Source of the DNA: a virus | Lineage: Duplodnaviria; Heunggongvirae; Uroviricota; Caudoviricetes | Length of the DNA stretch: 35,027 nt | IMG/VR virus record: IMGVR_UViG_3300031417_000415 | Strand: one strand, 5' to 3' | Part shown: in pieces, positions 16,271-25,119 of the stretch | How the letters are laid out: each line of letters begins with the position of its first letter | Position numbering within the stretch: position 1 is the stretch's first letter | Made by a program: the position numbers and the translations under genes | The notes under the pieces: model-generated | The model's database searches: none | Seen by the model: the letters and a program-made list of their open reading frames with translations, nothing else | What the model was told of the DNA's origin: nothing

Positions 16271-19200
16271 ATGCTGAGCGGCGTCAAGATCTGGGCATAT
16301 GCAGCGTCGACCGCCATGGTCCTGTGCACGTCCACGATCGCGGCCGCGCAGTCCTCAGACGTCGTCGTGATGCGCAAGATGATCGACGGCCGTCTCGACG
16401 GAGAGCTGCTTCCCCCTTCGATCAGGCCCGCGCCTGCGCAGCCGAAGCCCGGCGATGCCAACTACTATTCATGGCAGGTCACCGCCTGGAAGCAGGTCGG
16501 ATCCTGCGGAAGCCGCGGCACCGAGACGCGGACCGTGCAGTGCGTCCGTACGGACGGTAACGTGGGGCCGGACGCGTCGTGCACGGGCAACGGATCGGGC
16601 ACGAAGCCCATCGCCAGCCGCCCGGCGAACATAACCCAGACGTGCGGATACGGCTGGCAGACAAGCGACTGGAGCGTTCCCGCCCCGACCTGCGGCAAGG
16701 CACGCCGTACCCGGGACGTGGTCTGCATGCGCTCCGACGGAAGCCCGGCGGAAGCCGACAGCTGCCCGGCCGGGTCCAGGCCCGACGCCAGCGAGAGCTA
16801 TACGGACACGTCGACCTGCAGCTACGGCTGGTCGACTGGCGCATGGAGCGAGCCCTCCACGCAGTGCGGTCCCGCGACGCTCAGCCGCGCCGTCGCCTGC
16901 GTCCGCTCGGACGGACGCGCCTCGCCTGCGGACAAGTGCGACGCGGCTGCAAGGCCGGCGACGACCCAGGACGTCGAGATCGAGGTCGGCTGCGCGAACC
17001 ACTGGACGATCGGCGAGTGGGGCTCGCCCGCCGCCGCCTGCGGCAGCACCTTCTCCTATCGCAGCGTGACCTGCGTCCGCTCGGACGGCGTTCCCGTCTC
17101 CGACGACCAGTGCGTCACGACCAAGCCGATCGGGCGAGAGGCAGCGATCGACTATTCGACCTGCACCGACGGCCGCTCGAACGATCACCCGTACGGATGG
17201 AGCATAGGCGAGTACGGCGCTCCCAGCACGACGTGCGGACAGGCGGTCGCGACACGCAGCATCAGATGCACGGGCAACGACGGCAGGGAAGTCTCCGCCG
17301 ACCGGTGCGTGACGCCACGCCCGGAAGCGAGCAGGGCGTCCTACGAGACGAGCGGCTGCACGGTGCGCTGGGCGACCGGCGAGTACGGGGACCCCCAGCC
17401 CGCGTGCGGCGCCACGGCGAGCCTGCGCAGCGTCTCCTGCATGCGCTCGGACGGACAGTCGGTCTCGACCTACAGCTGCCCTGCGGACGAGCGCCCGACG
17501 TCGTCGCGTCCGACGACCGACTATTCGGCATGCTCGTTCGGATGGACGGCCACGTCATGGTCCGACTGGGACGCCACCTGCGGTCCCGCGACGCAGACCA
17601 GGGAGGTCTCATGCCAGCGTTCGGACGGAAGCGCGGCGATCGACGGCAGCTGCGACGCGAAGACGCGCCCGGCGACCTCGCAGTCCTCCTATCAGACCTC
17701 GGGCTGCGGCATCGCATGGAAGGCCGGCGCATGGGAGACGGCGCTTCCGGCGTGCGGAGCCTCGACCCAGTCGCGGCAGGTCGTCTGCATGCGATCGGAC
17801 GGGCAGGAGATCGACGCGGGAGAATGCTCGCGCCTGGCCAGGCCTTCCGACACGCGCGACGTGACGGACTACTCGACGTGCTCGTACGCGTGGGTGACCG
17901 GCGCCTTCCAGGGGGCGACGACGACCTGCGGGACGACGACGCGCAGCCGCAGCGTCCTGTGCCAGCGATCCGACTCCGCCATCGTCGACGACGAGTCCTG
18001 CGCCAGTGCAGGCGACCGCCCTGCGACGAGCGAGACGACCACGCAGACGTCCGGCTGCACCTTTGACTGGGACACGGGCGACTGGGGCCGTGCCGCTGCC
18101 GCATGCGGTCCCTCCGTCCACAGCAGGACGGTGACCTGCCGCCGCAGCGACGGCACGGCGGCCGACCCCTCGCAGTGCGTCAAGACGAAGCCTTCGACAA
18201 GCGAGGCCGTGGCCGACTACTCGACATGCACCTACGACTGGAAGGTCGACCAGTGGGACGGCAGCGGAGGCTGCGGCGACACGGTCACCCAGAGGCGCAG
18301 CGTGTCGTGCATACGCTCCGAAGGCTCGACGGTCGCGGACGCATACTGCGGCAGCCTGAAGCCGGCGCCGTCGCAGACGATCACGGACTATTCGGCATGC
18401 AGCTATTCCTGGAAGGTCGTGAACGGCCTGTGGTCGAGCACCTGCTCGGCTGACGCGACACGCACCAACTCCGTGACCTGCCTCCGCCAGGACGGAGCCG
18501 AAGTCGACGATTCCTTCTGCGGAAACGGCAAGCCGGCGACGGTCGACACGGGCAACTACTCCAGCTGCACATACACCTCGCGATACGGGGAATATCAGAC
18601 CTGCACGACAACTACGGCAGGCGGCACGACGGGCACACAGACGGCGCCCATCGCGACCTGTACCCGTTCGGACGGAGCCTCGGTCGCCACCAGCCAGTGC
18701 TCGTCGCAGAGCATCAGCAGATCCTGCTCGATCAGCTATGTCCCGACGTACAGCGATACGTATGGCACCTGCCAGGCATCGTCAGCAGGAAGCACCACGG
18801 GCACGCAGACGGCGCAGATCACGAAGTGCACGCGATCGACGGATGGCGCCACGGTGCCAAACGGCTACTGCCCAGCGTCGACGACCAGCCGAAGCTGCTC
18901 GATCACGTACACGCCGACGTACAGCGCCACCTACGGAGCCTGCACGCCGACAAGCGCCGGACAGACCAGCGGCACGCAGTCGGCACCCATCTCGAGCTGC
19001 ATCAGATCAAGCGACAACGCCAGCGTGTCCACGAGCTACTGCTCTCCGTCGACAAAGACGCAGCCGTGCACGGTGACCTACGTGCCGACCTACGCCGGCT
19101 ACGGCTCCTGCACGGCCGATGCCCCAGGCAGCACCACTGGTACGCAGAGCGCAGCGATCTCATCGTGCACGATGAACGGCACGACCGTCAGCAACTCCTA

Positions 19201-19510
19201 CTGCTCACCGCAGACCAAGACACAGACCTGCAGCATGACCGGCTTCAACTGCGGAACGACGATGACGCCGGGTGGCACGGCCTGGGGAGTCGATGCCGAC
19301 GGATGGACCAGGATCGGCGCCGTAAGCGGTACGACGCAGGCCGCGCGCATCGCGGACGCACTCCCGAAGTGCACGGCATACGCAAACAACACGCGCAAGG
19401 CAGCCGGCGTGTGCGGCTTCAACGATTCGAACAGCGGAAGCCTGTACTACTGGAGCTCGACTCGCACGACGCAGGTCGGCGGCAGCAACGTGAGCACCAC
19501 CTGCAAGTAG
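16271..19510 (+). CDS. secreted Cys-rich thrombospondin type-1 (ADAMTS-type) repeat protein
   Basis: Signal peptide (…TIAAA-QS); 12 repeats of about 58 aa of form W-x4-W-x5/6-CG-x5/6-R-x-V-x-C-x-RSDG-x7-C-x4/5-P-x11-C, then 4 Thr/Ser-rich variant repeats. Confidence 0.8.
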   Translation: MLSGVKIWAYAASTAMVLCTSTIAAAQSSDVVVMRKMIDGRLDGELLPPSIRPAPAQPKPGDANYYSWQVTAWKQVGSCGSRGTETRTVQCVRTDGNVGPDASCTGNGSGTKPIASRPANITQTCGYGWQTSDWSVPAPTCGKARRTRDVVCMRSDGSPAEADSCPAGSRPDASESYTDTSTCSYGWSTGAWSEPSTQCGPATLSRAVACVRSDGRASPADKCDAAARPATTQDVEIEVGCANHWTIGEWGSPAAACGSTFSYRSVTCVRSDGVPVSDDQCVTTKPIGREAAIDYSTCTDGRSNDHPYGWSIGEYGAPSTTCGQAVATRSIRCTGNDGREVSADRCVTPRPEASRASYETSGCTVRWATGEYGDPQPACGATASLRSVSCMRSDGQSVSTYSCPADERPTSSRPTTDYSACSFGWTATSWSDWDATCGPATQTREVSCQRSDGSAAIDGSCDAKTRPATSQSSYQTSGCGIAWKAGAWETALPACGASTQSRQVVCMRSDGQEIDAGECSRLARPSDTRDVTDYSTCSYAWVTGAFQGATTTCGTTTRSRSVLCQRSDSAIVDDESCASAGDRPATSETTTQTSGCTFDWDTGDWGRAAAACGPSVHSRTVTCRRSDGTAADPSQCVKTKPSTSEAVADYSTCTYDWKVDQWDGSGGCGDTVTQRRSVSCIRSEGSTVADAYCGSLKPAPSQTITDYSACSYSWKVVNGLWSSTCSADATRTNSVTCLRQDGAEVDDSFCGNGKPATVDTGNYSSCTYTSRYGEYQTCTTTTAGGTTGTQTAPIATCTRSDGASVATSQCSSQSISRSCSISYVPTYSDTYGTCQASSAGSTTGTQTAQITKCTRSTDGATVPNGYCPASTTSRSCSITYTPTYSATYGACTPTSAGQTSGTQSAPISSCIRSSDNASVSTSYCSPSTKTQPCTVTYVPTYAGYGSCTADAPGSTTGTQSAAISSCTMNGTTVSNSYCSPQTKTQTCSMTGFNCGTTMTPGGTAWGVDADGWTRIGAVSGTTQAARIADALPKCTAYANNTRKAAGVCGFNDSNSGSLYYWSSTRTTQVGGSNVSTTCK
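16466..19231 (+). repeat. protein-level tandem repeat array (12 TSP1-like units at 16466-18568, 4 variant units at 18569-19231)
   Basis: Repeats counted by hand from the translation; diverged at DNA level, conserved Cys/Trp/Arg and the RSDG motif. Confidence 0.85.
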
Positions 19511-19567
19511 CACGATCGGGAAAGTCGGACGGAAAAGACGTCCCGCCACACATAAAGGGCGAAAAAC

Positions 19568-19909
19568 ATGGCAGGAAAGCAACTGAGCCAGGTGACGGAC
19601 CACGACCTCCTCCGGTCGGGCCTCGTCACGGTCTTCGGCATCGAGAGCTTCGGCTCCGTCATGCCAAGCAGCAAATGCGGCATCCTCGATCCGCAGCACG
19701 TCTGGAGCAAGGCGAAGGACGACATCGCTGAGGAGCCTACCTACCAGTCGTGCACGAAATGCGGCTCTGTGCGGCGGTCGCCTTGGGGCCTTGTCGACGA
19801 GACCGGCCACGAGGTGTCGCTCGCGCCGATGGACGGGGACGAGCGCGTGGCGAAGGCCTGGCCCGCACCTGTAAGGCGAGCGCTGGAACGCGTCCCGATG
19901 TCACTATAG
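19568..19909 (+). CDS. hypothetical protein (113 aa) with Cys/His motifs
   Basis: KCG...HVW...SCTKCGS pattern; fills the gap after the TSP1 gene. Confidence 0.6.
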   Translation: MAGKQLSQVTDHDLLRSGLVTVFGIESFGSVMPSSKCGILDPQHVWSKAKDDIAEEPTYQSCTKCGSVRRSPWGLVDETGHEVSLAPMDGDERVAKAWPAPVRRALERVPMSL

Positions 19910-20046
19910 TGTCGCCCGATGGGCATCCGACCTGGGCGTAACGTGATCACCCACCCGTACCGGGATCATGCCGAGGCGTAAGGTAGGGAAAGCCATGACA
20001 ACGGCGATGGACGTGTGGCTCGACGAAAGCGAAAAAGGAAAGACCG

Positions 20047-20322
20047 ATGACCTCCAGAAAGATGCGGCGCGCGGCTGAACAGCGCGCGAAGGCGGCACGT
20101 CGCCTCGAGACGCGGCCCGATCGCCGGACGAAGCCGCAGCGCGACGCGGAGGCCAAGGCCGAGCGGCAGGCGAAGTGGAACGAGCATCGCGAATGGCTGG
20201 CATCTCTGACGCCGGAGCAGCGCGAGCGCTACAACCGTCGCGAGGACGAACGCACGCAGCGGATGATGGAGATCTGCGCGCCGGCGCTGGTCGGCGCGCT
20301 CGGCATGGCCGTTCGCGGCTGA
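20047..20322 (+). CDS. basic coiled-coil-like hypothetical protein (91 aa)
   Basis: SD AGGA; Arg/Glu/Ala-rich helix. Confidence 0.55.
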   Translation: MTSRKMRRAAEQRAKAARRLETRPDRRTKPQRDAEAKAERQAKWNEHREWLASLTPEQRERYNRREDERTQRMMEICAPALVGALGMAVRG

Positions 20323-20326
20323 GACC

Positions 20327-20599
20327 ATGGACAGGGAGATGACAATGTACGACACCATCGACGACCGGGCCGACGTGGACCGGGCCTTCGAGGCTCTGAA
20401 GGCCGCGACGCCCGCCCGCTTCCAGGGCGACTTCGAGCGCATGATGCTGATGGGGCGGAGCGGCGACGTCCACGACTTCAAGCACAAGGACATGCGTCGG
20501 GGCTTCGGCTTCGACGTCGTCACCGGCGAGTTCCACGAGCGGAGCTTCGAGGGAGACGTCACCACCGCAGAGGAGGCCTACGAATGGGCACGCAGCTGA
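20327..20599 (+). CDS. hypothetical protein (90 aa)
   Basis: Protein-like composition; start may be 20345 after GGGAG; overlaps the next gene. Confidence 0.6.
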   Translation: MDREMTMYDTIDDRADVDRAFEALKAATPARFQGDFERMMLMGRSGDVHDFKHKDMRRGFGFDVVTGEFHERSFEGDVTTAEEAYEWARS

Positions 20600-20862
20600 A
20601 CGACGCGACGCAGGATCCGGCCATCCGCTTCTGCATGAACGCCTTCGCGACGGCGGACGGCCATCAGGAATACGCCGCTCCAGATACGGAGGACGCGACG
20701 CTGGGCTGGAACGTCTATGCACGCACTCCCGAGAACGACACGCCCGTCGGCGTCGACCTGTCGGCCGAAGGGGACTACCCGAGCTATGCCGCAGCACGCG
20801 CGGCAGCCGAACGCGGCTGCGCGACGCTGGGTCTCGATCCGGCGGACATCCGCCTCTACTGA
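20584..20862 (+). CDS. hypothetical protein (92 aa)
   Basis: GAGGAGG upstream; acidic, protein-like composition. Confidence 0.6.
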   Translation: MGTQLNDATQDPAIRFCMNAFATADGHQEYAAPDTEDATLGWNVYARTPENDTPVGVDLSAEGDYPSYAAARAAAERGCATLGLDPADIRLY

Positions 20863-20897
20863 GACGACCACCCTACCATCATCGACCGGAGGACGGC

Positions 20898-22040
20898 ATG
20901 GAACTTCCCGTGACGACGACCTTGCGCGAACTGTCCACCATGTTCGAGGCCGAGGGGCGCCGGCTGTGGCTCGTGGGCGGGTGCGTGCGAGACTGGCTGC
21001 TCGGGATCGTGCCTGCCGACATCGACGCGACGACCGACGCGACGCCCGAGGAGCAGATGGCGATCTACGAGGCCAACGGCGTGCGCTACGTGCCGACGGG
21101 CCTCAAGCACGGCACGATCACCGTGATCCGCAACGACGAGATCTACGAGATCACGACGCTGCGGACGGACGTGGCGACGGACGGCCGCCATGCAACGGTC
21201 GCGTACACGCGCGATCTCGCGGTCGATCTCGAGCGGCGCGACCTGACCATCAACGCCATGGCGATGGACCTCGACGGCGGCATCGTCGATCCGTTCGGCG
21301 GGCGCGAGGACCTCGCTGCCGGCCGCGTCCGGTTCGTCGGCGATCCCGTCTCCCGCATCCGCGAGGACTATCTCCGGATCCTGCGGTGGTTCCGCTTCCT
21401 CGGACGGTTCGCCGCGGAGGGCGGCATCGCACCGGATCCGGACGCCTACGCCGCGGTCATGGCGGAGGCCGGAGGACTGTCGAGGATCAGCGTCGAGCGT
21501 ATCTGGTCGGAGATGTCGCGCATCCTGACCGGACGCAACGCCCTCCATGTCCTGCGCCTCGTCCACGACAGCGCCGCATCGGCGGTCATCGGACTGCCGG
21601 AAGGCTCCGAGAAGCGGCTCACGATCGCACTGGAGCATGGCATGGACCCCGCGACGACGCTCGGCGGCTACCTCGGGGACGCCGGCGACCGCACGCTCGT
21701 CGCCTGGAAGCTGTCCAACGCCGAGAAGCACCGTGCTCGGTTCGTGGCTAGGCGGCTCCGGCAGGACGGCTACGGGACGAACGCCGCAAGGCTCGACCTC
21801 GTGAATGGCGAGGATCTGCGCCTGGTGACCGACACGATGCGCCTTGCCGGCAGCGACGGCATCGCCGCGGTCGAGACGTGGAGCGTTCCGGTCTTCCCGG
21901 TCGACGGCGACGATCTCATCGCGCTCGGCATGCAGCAGGGGGTGGAGATGGGCATGCGGATGAAGCGGATGCGCCAGGAATGGATCGCGTCCGACTACAC
22001 GATGACGGCGGCAGAGCTGCTCGGAAAGGTAACGGCATGA
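20898..22040 (+). CDS. cca: CCA tRNA nucleotidyltransferase (class II)
   Basis: LVGGCVRD, DID (DxD), TGLKHGT, EITTLRTD..TDGRHA, RRDLTINA, DPFGG, RIREDYLRILR: the alphaproteobacterial CCA-adding enzyme signature; SD GGAGG. Confidence 0.92.
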   Translation: MELPVTTTLRELSTMFEAEGRRLWLVGGCVRDWLLGIVPADIDATTDATPEEQMAIYEANGVRYVPTGLKHGTITVIRNDEIYEITTLRTDVATDGRHATVAYTRDLAVDLERRDLTINAMAMDLDGGIVDPFGGREDLAAGRVRFVGDPVSRIREDYLRILRWFRFLGRFAAEGGIAPDPDAYAAVMAEAGGLSRISVERIWSEMSRILTGRNALHVLRLVHDSAASAVIGLPEGSEKRLTIALEHGMDPATTLGGYLGDAGDRTLVAWKLSNAEKHRARFVARRLRQDGYGTNAARLDLVNGEDLRLVTDTMRLAGSDGIAAVETWSVPVFPVDGDDLIALGMQQGVEMGMRMKRMRQEWIASDYTMTAAELLGKVTA

Positions 22041-22339
22041 AGCTCGACCAGACGATTCGCCGGCTGAGGCTATACCACGGCTTCCGGCAGCGCGAGGTGT
22101 GCGAGCGGACGGGCCTGTCCACCTCGATGATGTCGGAGATCGAGCGGGGGCAGAAGCAGCCGACCCTGCAGGTCATCGGCCGGATCGCGGAGGTCTATGG
22201 AGTCGCTCCCTCGGAGCTCGTCTATCTGGCCGAAGCGGTCGGGCGCCCTCCCGGAGAACCGCTCCCGCCGATGCCGCATCCGACGATCGCACGGATGATG
22301 ACGATGCACGAGGCGCAGATGTCCGTAAGGACTCAGTAA
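22037..22339 (+). CDS. XRE-family helix-turn-helix transcriptional regulator
   Basis: IRRLRLYHGFRQREVCERTGLSTSMMSEIERGQKQPTLQVIGRIAEVYGV is a Cro/C1-type HTH; ATGA overlap with cca. Confidence 0.9.
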   Translation: MKLDQTIRRLRLYHGFRQREVCERTGLSTSMMSEIERGQKQPTLQVIGRIAEVYGVAPSELVYLAEAVGRPPGEPLPPMPHPTIARMMTMHEAQMSVRTQ

Positions 22340-22377
22340 TCCCCGCAAGGGACCGGAAAAACACGAAGGAGAGACCG

Positions 22378-22851
22378 ATGCGCTTCATCATGCACATCAT
22401 GCAGGGTGCCAATCTAGAGGCTACCGCGACGCTGACGTCGAACGAGGACGAGACCCCGGAGGATCTGTCGCAGCGCGCTCGCGACGTGCTGATCGCCAGC
22501 GCCATGGACGTACGGCTAGCCCGAAGCGAGCAGGTCATGACAGAAGGCATGCTCGAGCGCCTGGTCGACGTCTTCGCGCAGACGGTGCTGGAACAGGCCC
22601 GCGCGGGCACGAGCCGGTACGTGACGGTCTACACGCGCGGCGACGACATCTACCAGCGCGACGGACAAATCACGCTGCTCGGCAGCGTCAACGACATCAC
22701 CGGCCTCATCGACATCGAGGACGACGAGACCGTGCGGCGCAACAGCTTCGGCGCCATGGCACGCGAGAAGCTCGGACGTGATCCGACGTCGTCCGACATC
22801 GTGCTGGAGGACGTGTCGGCGGAGGACATGGAGCGGAGCTTCCAGCGATGA
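22378..22851 (+). CDS. hypothetical protein (157 aa)
   Basis: SD AGGAGAG then ATG at 22378; its stop overlaps the next ATG. Confidence 0.65.
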   Translation: MRFIMHIMQGANLEATATLTSNEDETPEDLSQRARDVLIASAMDVRLARSEQVMTEGMLERLVDVFAQTVLEQARAGTSRYVTVYTRGDDIYQRDGQITLLGSVNDITGLIDIEDDETVRRNSFGAMAREKLGRDPTSSDIVLEDVSAEDMERSFQR

Positions 22852-23864
22852 GCGCGCCTGCCATACGGGACCGCAACGCCCGGCGGCTGCTGAAGGAGAA
22901 GCTCGCACTGATAGCGGGCGGTCCTGCCTTCGGCATTCCCGTGACCCTGATTCCGTCATGGGACAGACTGACGGACGGCATCGACCTGCACGACATCACC
23001 ACCGTAGGCGCGATATGGGCCATGACGTCATTCATGATGACCTCGATCTGCATGGTGTCGATAACGGGAATGACCTTCATGTCGTCCAAGCGCACACCCG
23101 ACATGCCGAAATGGGCCGATCGAGACAGCGTGAGACGGGTCATCGAGGCTCTTTGCGATGCGACGAGACACGGCCTCGCCTCGGATCGGAGAATGGCGGT
23201 GACTCGGGATCTCTCGAGGGCCTCGGACCTGCTCTCCTACCTGTGCGGCAAGCCGGTCTGGATCCATGCGGAGAACTCCGACGAGAAGGCCGACGGCACC
23301 GGCCTGCTGGCGCTCAGGGGCGACGCGCTACGCCGGGACGGCGAGACGCTATGCGATCTGCTGGACAGGAAGCACGGCGCCGACATGCTCCACTTCCAGG
23401 CCGGGCTCGGAAAGGTCGTCCCGCTGATCGCCTCCGTGGCAAGGGACTTCGGACTGGAGACCTTCGAGTTCACAGCGTCGGAAAGGGCTCTGCCAGGGCA
23501 GATCAGGGGCGAGGCTACCCCCATCCCGCAGCTGGCCGCGCCGACGGTGGCGCTCGCGGACGAATGGCTGTCCGGGTCCCGCGGCAGCGTACCCGATCTC
23601 CTGTCGATAGCCGCGGATTCCGCGGCTCGCCAGGACCTGGACGAGCTGCAGCGGTCCTGGAAGACCGCGCGCCTGTCCGCTCCCGACGACGAGGCTGCAC
23701 AGCGGGTCGACGACACGTTCGGCTCGGCGCTTTCCAACATCTCGCGGACCCTCTGCGAGGCCATCGCGGCGCGCTCCGCCGGCGACGAGCAGGATCTGCA
23801 GATCCAGGGGCGCTACATCGAGAGCAAGCACGGCAACACGGCAGGCGACCTCGTCGCCTCGTGA
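22848..23864 (+). CDS. hypothetical protein (338 aa)
   Basis: ATGA overlap; long protein-like ORF; no family recognised. Confidence 0.7.
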   Translation: MSAPAIRDRNARRLLKEKLALIAGGPAFGIPVTLIPSWDRLTDGIDLHDITTVGAIWAMTSFMMTSICMVSITGMTFMSSKRTPDMPKWADRDSVRRVIEALCDATRHGLASDRRMAVTRDLSRASDLLSYLCGKPVWIHAENSDEKADGTGLLALRGDALRRDGETLCDLLDRKHGADMLHFQAGLGKVVPLIASVARDFGLETFEFTASERALPGQIRGEATPIPQLAAPTVALADEWLSGSRGSVPDLLSIAADSAARQDLDELQRSWKTARLSAPDDEAAQRVDDTFGSALSNISRTLCEAIAARSAGDEQDLQIQGRYIESKHGNTAGDLVAS

Positions 23865-23887
23865 CCATCACACAGGGGAACCGCCAT

Positions 23888-24556
23888 ATGAACATCGAAC
23901 GCTCTCCTCACGGCTACAGCCTGGTCCACTTCATCGACGCCGTGGGCTCGGACTGCTCGCTACAGGACAGCAGCCTGGCGTCGGAGGCCTGCTGCTGGTT
24001 CGGCGTCTGCCGTTCGCCGGCTCCCCGGCGAGACGAGATGACGCGGATGCACCTCACCGTCGAGATGACCCGACAGGTGGCGCGCGCCATGCGCGCGGCG
24101 CTCGAGGGGGTTCCCTTCGAGAACGCGGAGTTCGTCGACCGCTACGGTAGCACGTGCATCGTCGCCGCCTCGAAGGACGCGCGAGCCGTGATCCGCATCG
24201 GCGTCACGAAGGGATTCCACGGGAACAACGGCATGCCGATGCACCTGGATGCGGACGGCATCCGTAGGCTGATGCCCTTCCTTCTCGGCTTTCTCGCCGG
24301 AGGCAGCGTTTCCGAGAAGGGCGGCGCCTCTGAACTGGAGGATCCGGCCGCACGTGTGCTGGACGCGAAGATCCCGGTATCGATGCTGGCAAGGGCCGAC
24401 ATCGGCGAGACCGGCGTCTCGGCGCAGGACCTGATCGACGCCTTCGTCCTGATGGAGAGATACTATGGGGACGATCTCGTCGGCGCACTCGGTCACGACA
24501 ACGCGATGCGCATCGGTCAGATGAGGACGAAGCTCGGCCATCTGGCGAAGCGATAG
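23888..24556 (+). CDS. phage-type hypothetical protein with a tandemly duplicated domain (222 aa)
   Basis: FIDAVGSDCSLQDSSLASEACCWFG...RMHL and a second copy FVDRYGSTC...IRIG...PMHL; SD GGGGA. Confidence 0.65.
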   Translation: MNIERSPHGYSLVHFIDAVGSDCSLQDSSLASEACCWFGVCRSPAPRRDEMTRMHLTVEMTRQVARAMRAALEGVPFENAEFVDRYGSTCIVAASKDARAVIRIGVTKGFHGNNGMPMHLDADGIRRLMPFLLGFLAGGSVSEKGGASELEDPAARVLDAKIPVSMLARADIGETGVSAQDLIDAFVLMERYYGDDLVGALGHDNAMRIGQMRTKLGHLAKR

Positions 24557-24585
24557 GCGAGACAGGCATCGGAAGGGAAAAAGAG

Positions 24586-25119
24586 ATGGGCATCGATCGC
24601 GAACGCAAGCCGCGCCACCCGGGCTTCCATCGCAAGGAGAAGCCGGTGAAGGCGCATCGTCCGTCGCCGGCATCGTCGCGGTCCACGCTCGACAAGCGCC
24701 GTCCGGACAACCACCGGGTACCCGACGAGGGTCCGATCAGGATATTCTTCGACGACGAGCGGGAGATGCCGGAAGGCTTCGTGATCGCGCGCACCGTGCC
24801 TGCCTTCAGGGAGCTGATCGAGAGCATAGACCTCTCGCGGCTCCACACGATATGCTTCGACTGGCATCTGAACCACGATCATCAGACCGTCTCGGGCGAG
24901 AGCGGACACGACGCCGTCGCGATCCTGATCGAGATGATCGAGCAGGACCACGAGCGGTTCTCGGGCCTCAGCAGCATCTGGCTGCACAGCACCGACCTGA
25001 AGCAGGCGATCGCCATGGCGCGCAGGCTCGACCAGTGCCTGTTCGCAGACGAGCGCAAGGACTTCTTCGACGACGTCTACGTGCTTCCGGACACCTATTC
25101 GCCGAAGGCCGGAGTATGA
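24586..25119 (+). CDS. cyclic-phosphate-processing receiver-like domain protein
   Basis: IFFDDEREMPEGF..AR, ICFDWHL, SGHD, WLHSTD resemble the family pattern LyLDDeR..P.gw...r, sLDHDL, tGyD, vHSaN; basic N-terminal extension. Confidence 0.65.
   Translation: MGIDRERKPRHPGFHRKEKPVKAHRPSPASSRSTLDKRRPDNHRVPDEGPIRIFFDDEREMPEGFVIARTVPAFRELIESIDLSRLHTICFDWHLNHDHQTVSGESGHDAVAILIEMIEQDHERFSGLSSIWLHSTDLKQAIAMARRLDQCLFADERKDFFDDVYVLPDTYSPKAGV

Noticed and set aside
16466-19231. Repeat arrays considered as CRISPR or a diversity-generating retroelement
   Set aside because: The repeats are in-frame, conserved only at protein level, lack spacer structure, and no cas or reverse transcriptase gene is present. 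The same applies to the 26304-26525 and 9406-9479 repeats.
19900-19914. TCACTATAGTGTCGCC resembles T7 (TCACTATAG) and SP6 (GACACTATAG) promoter cores
   Set aside because: The upstream specificity bases do not match, it is a single copy overlapping a stop codon, and no single-subunit RNA polymerase is present; best explained as the palindrome CACTATAGTG.
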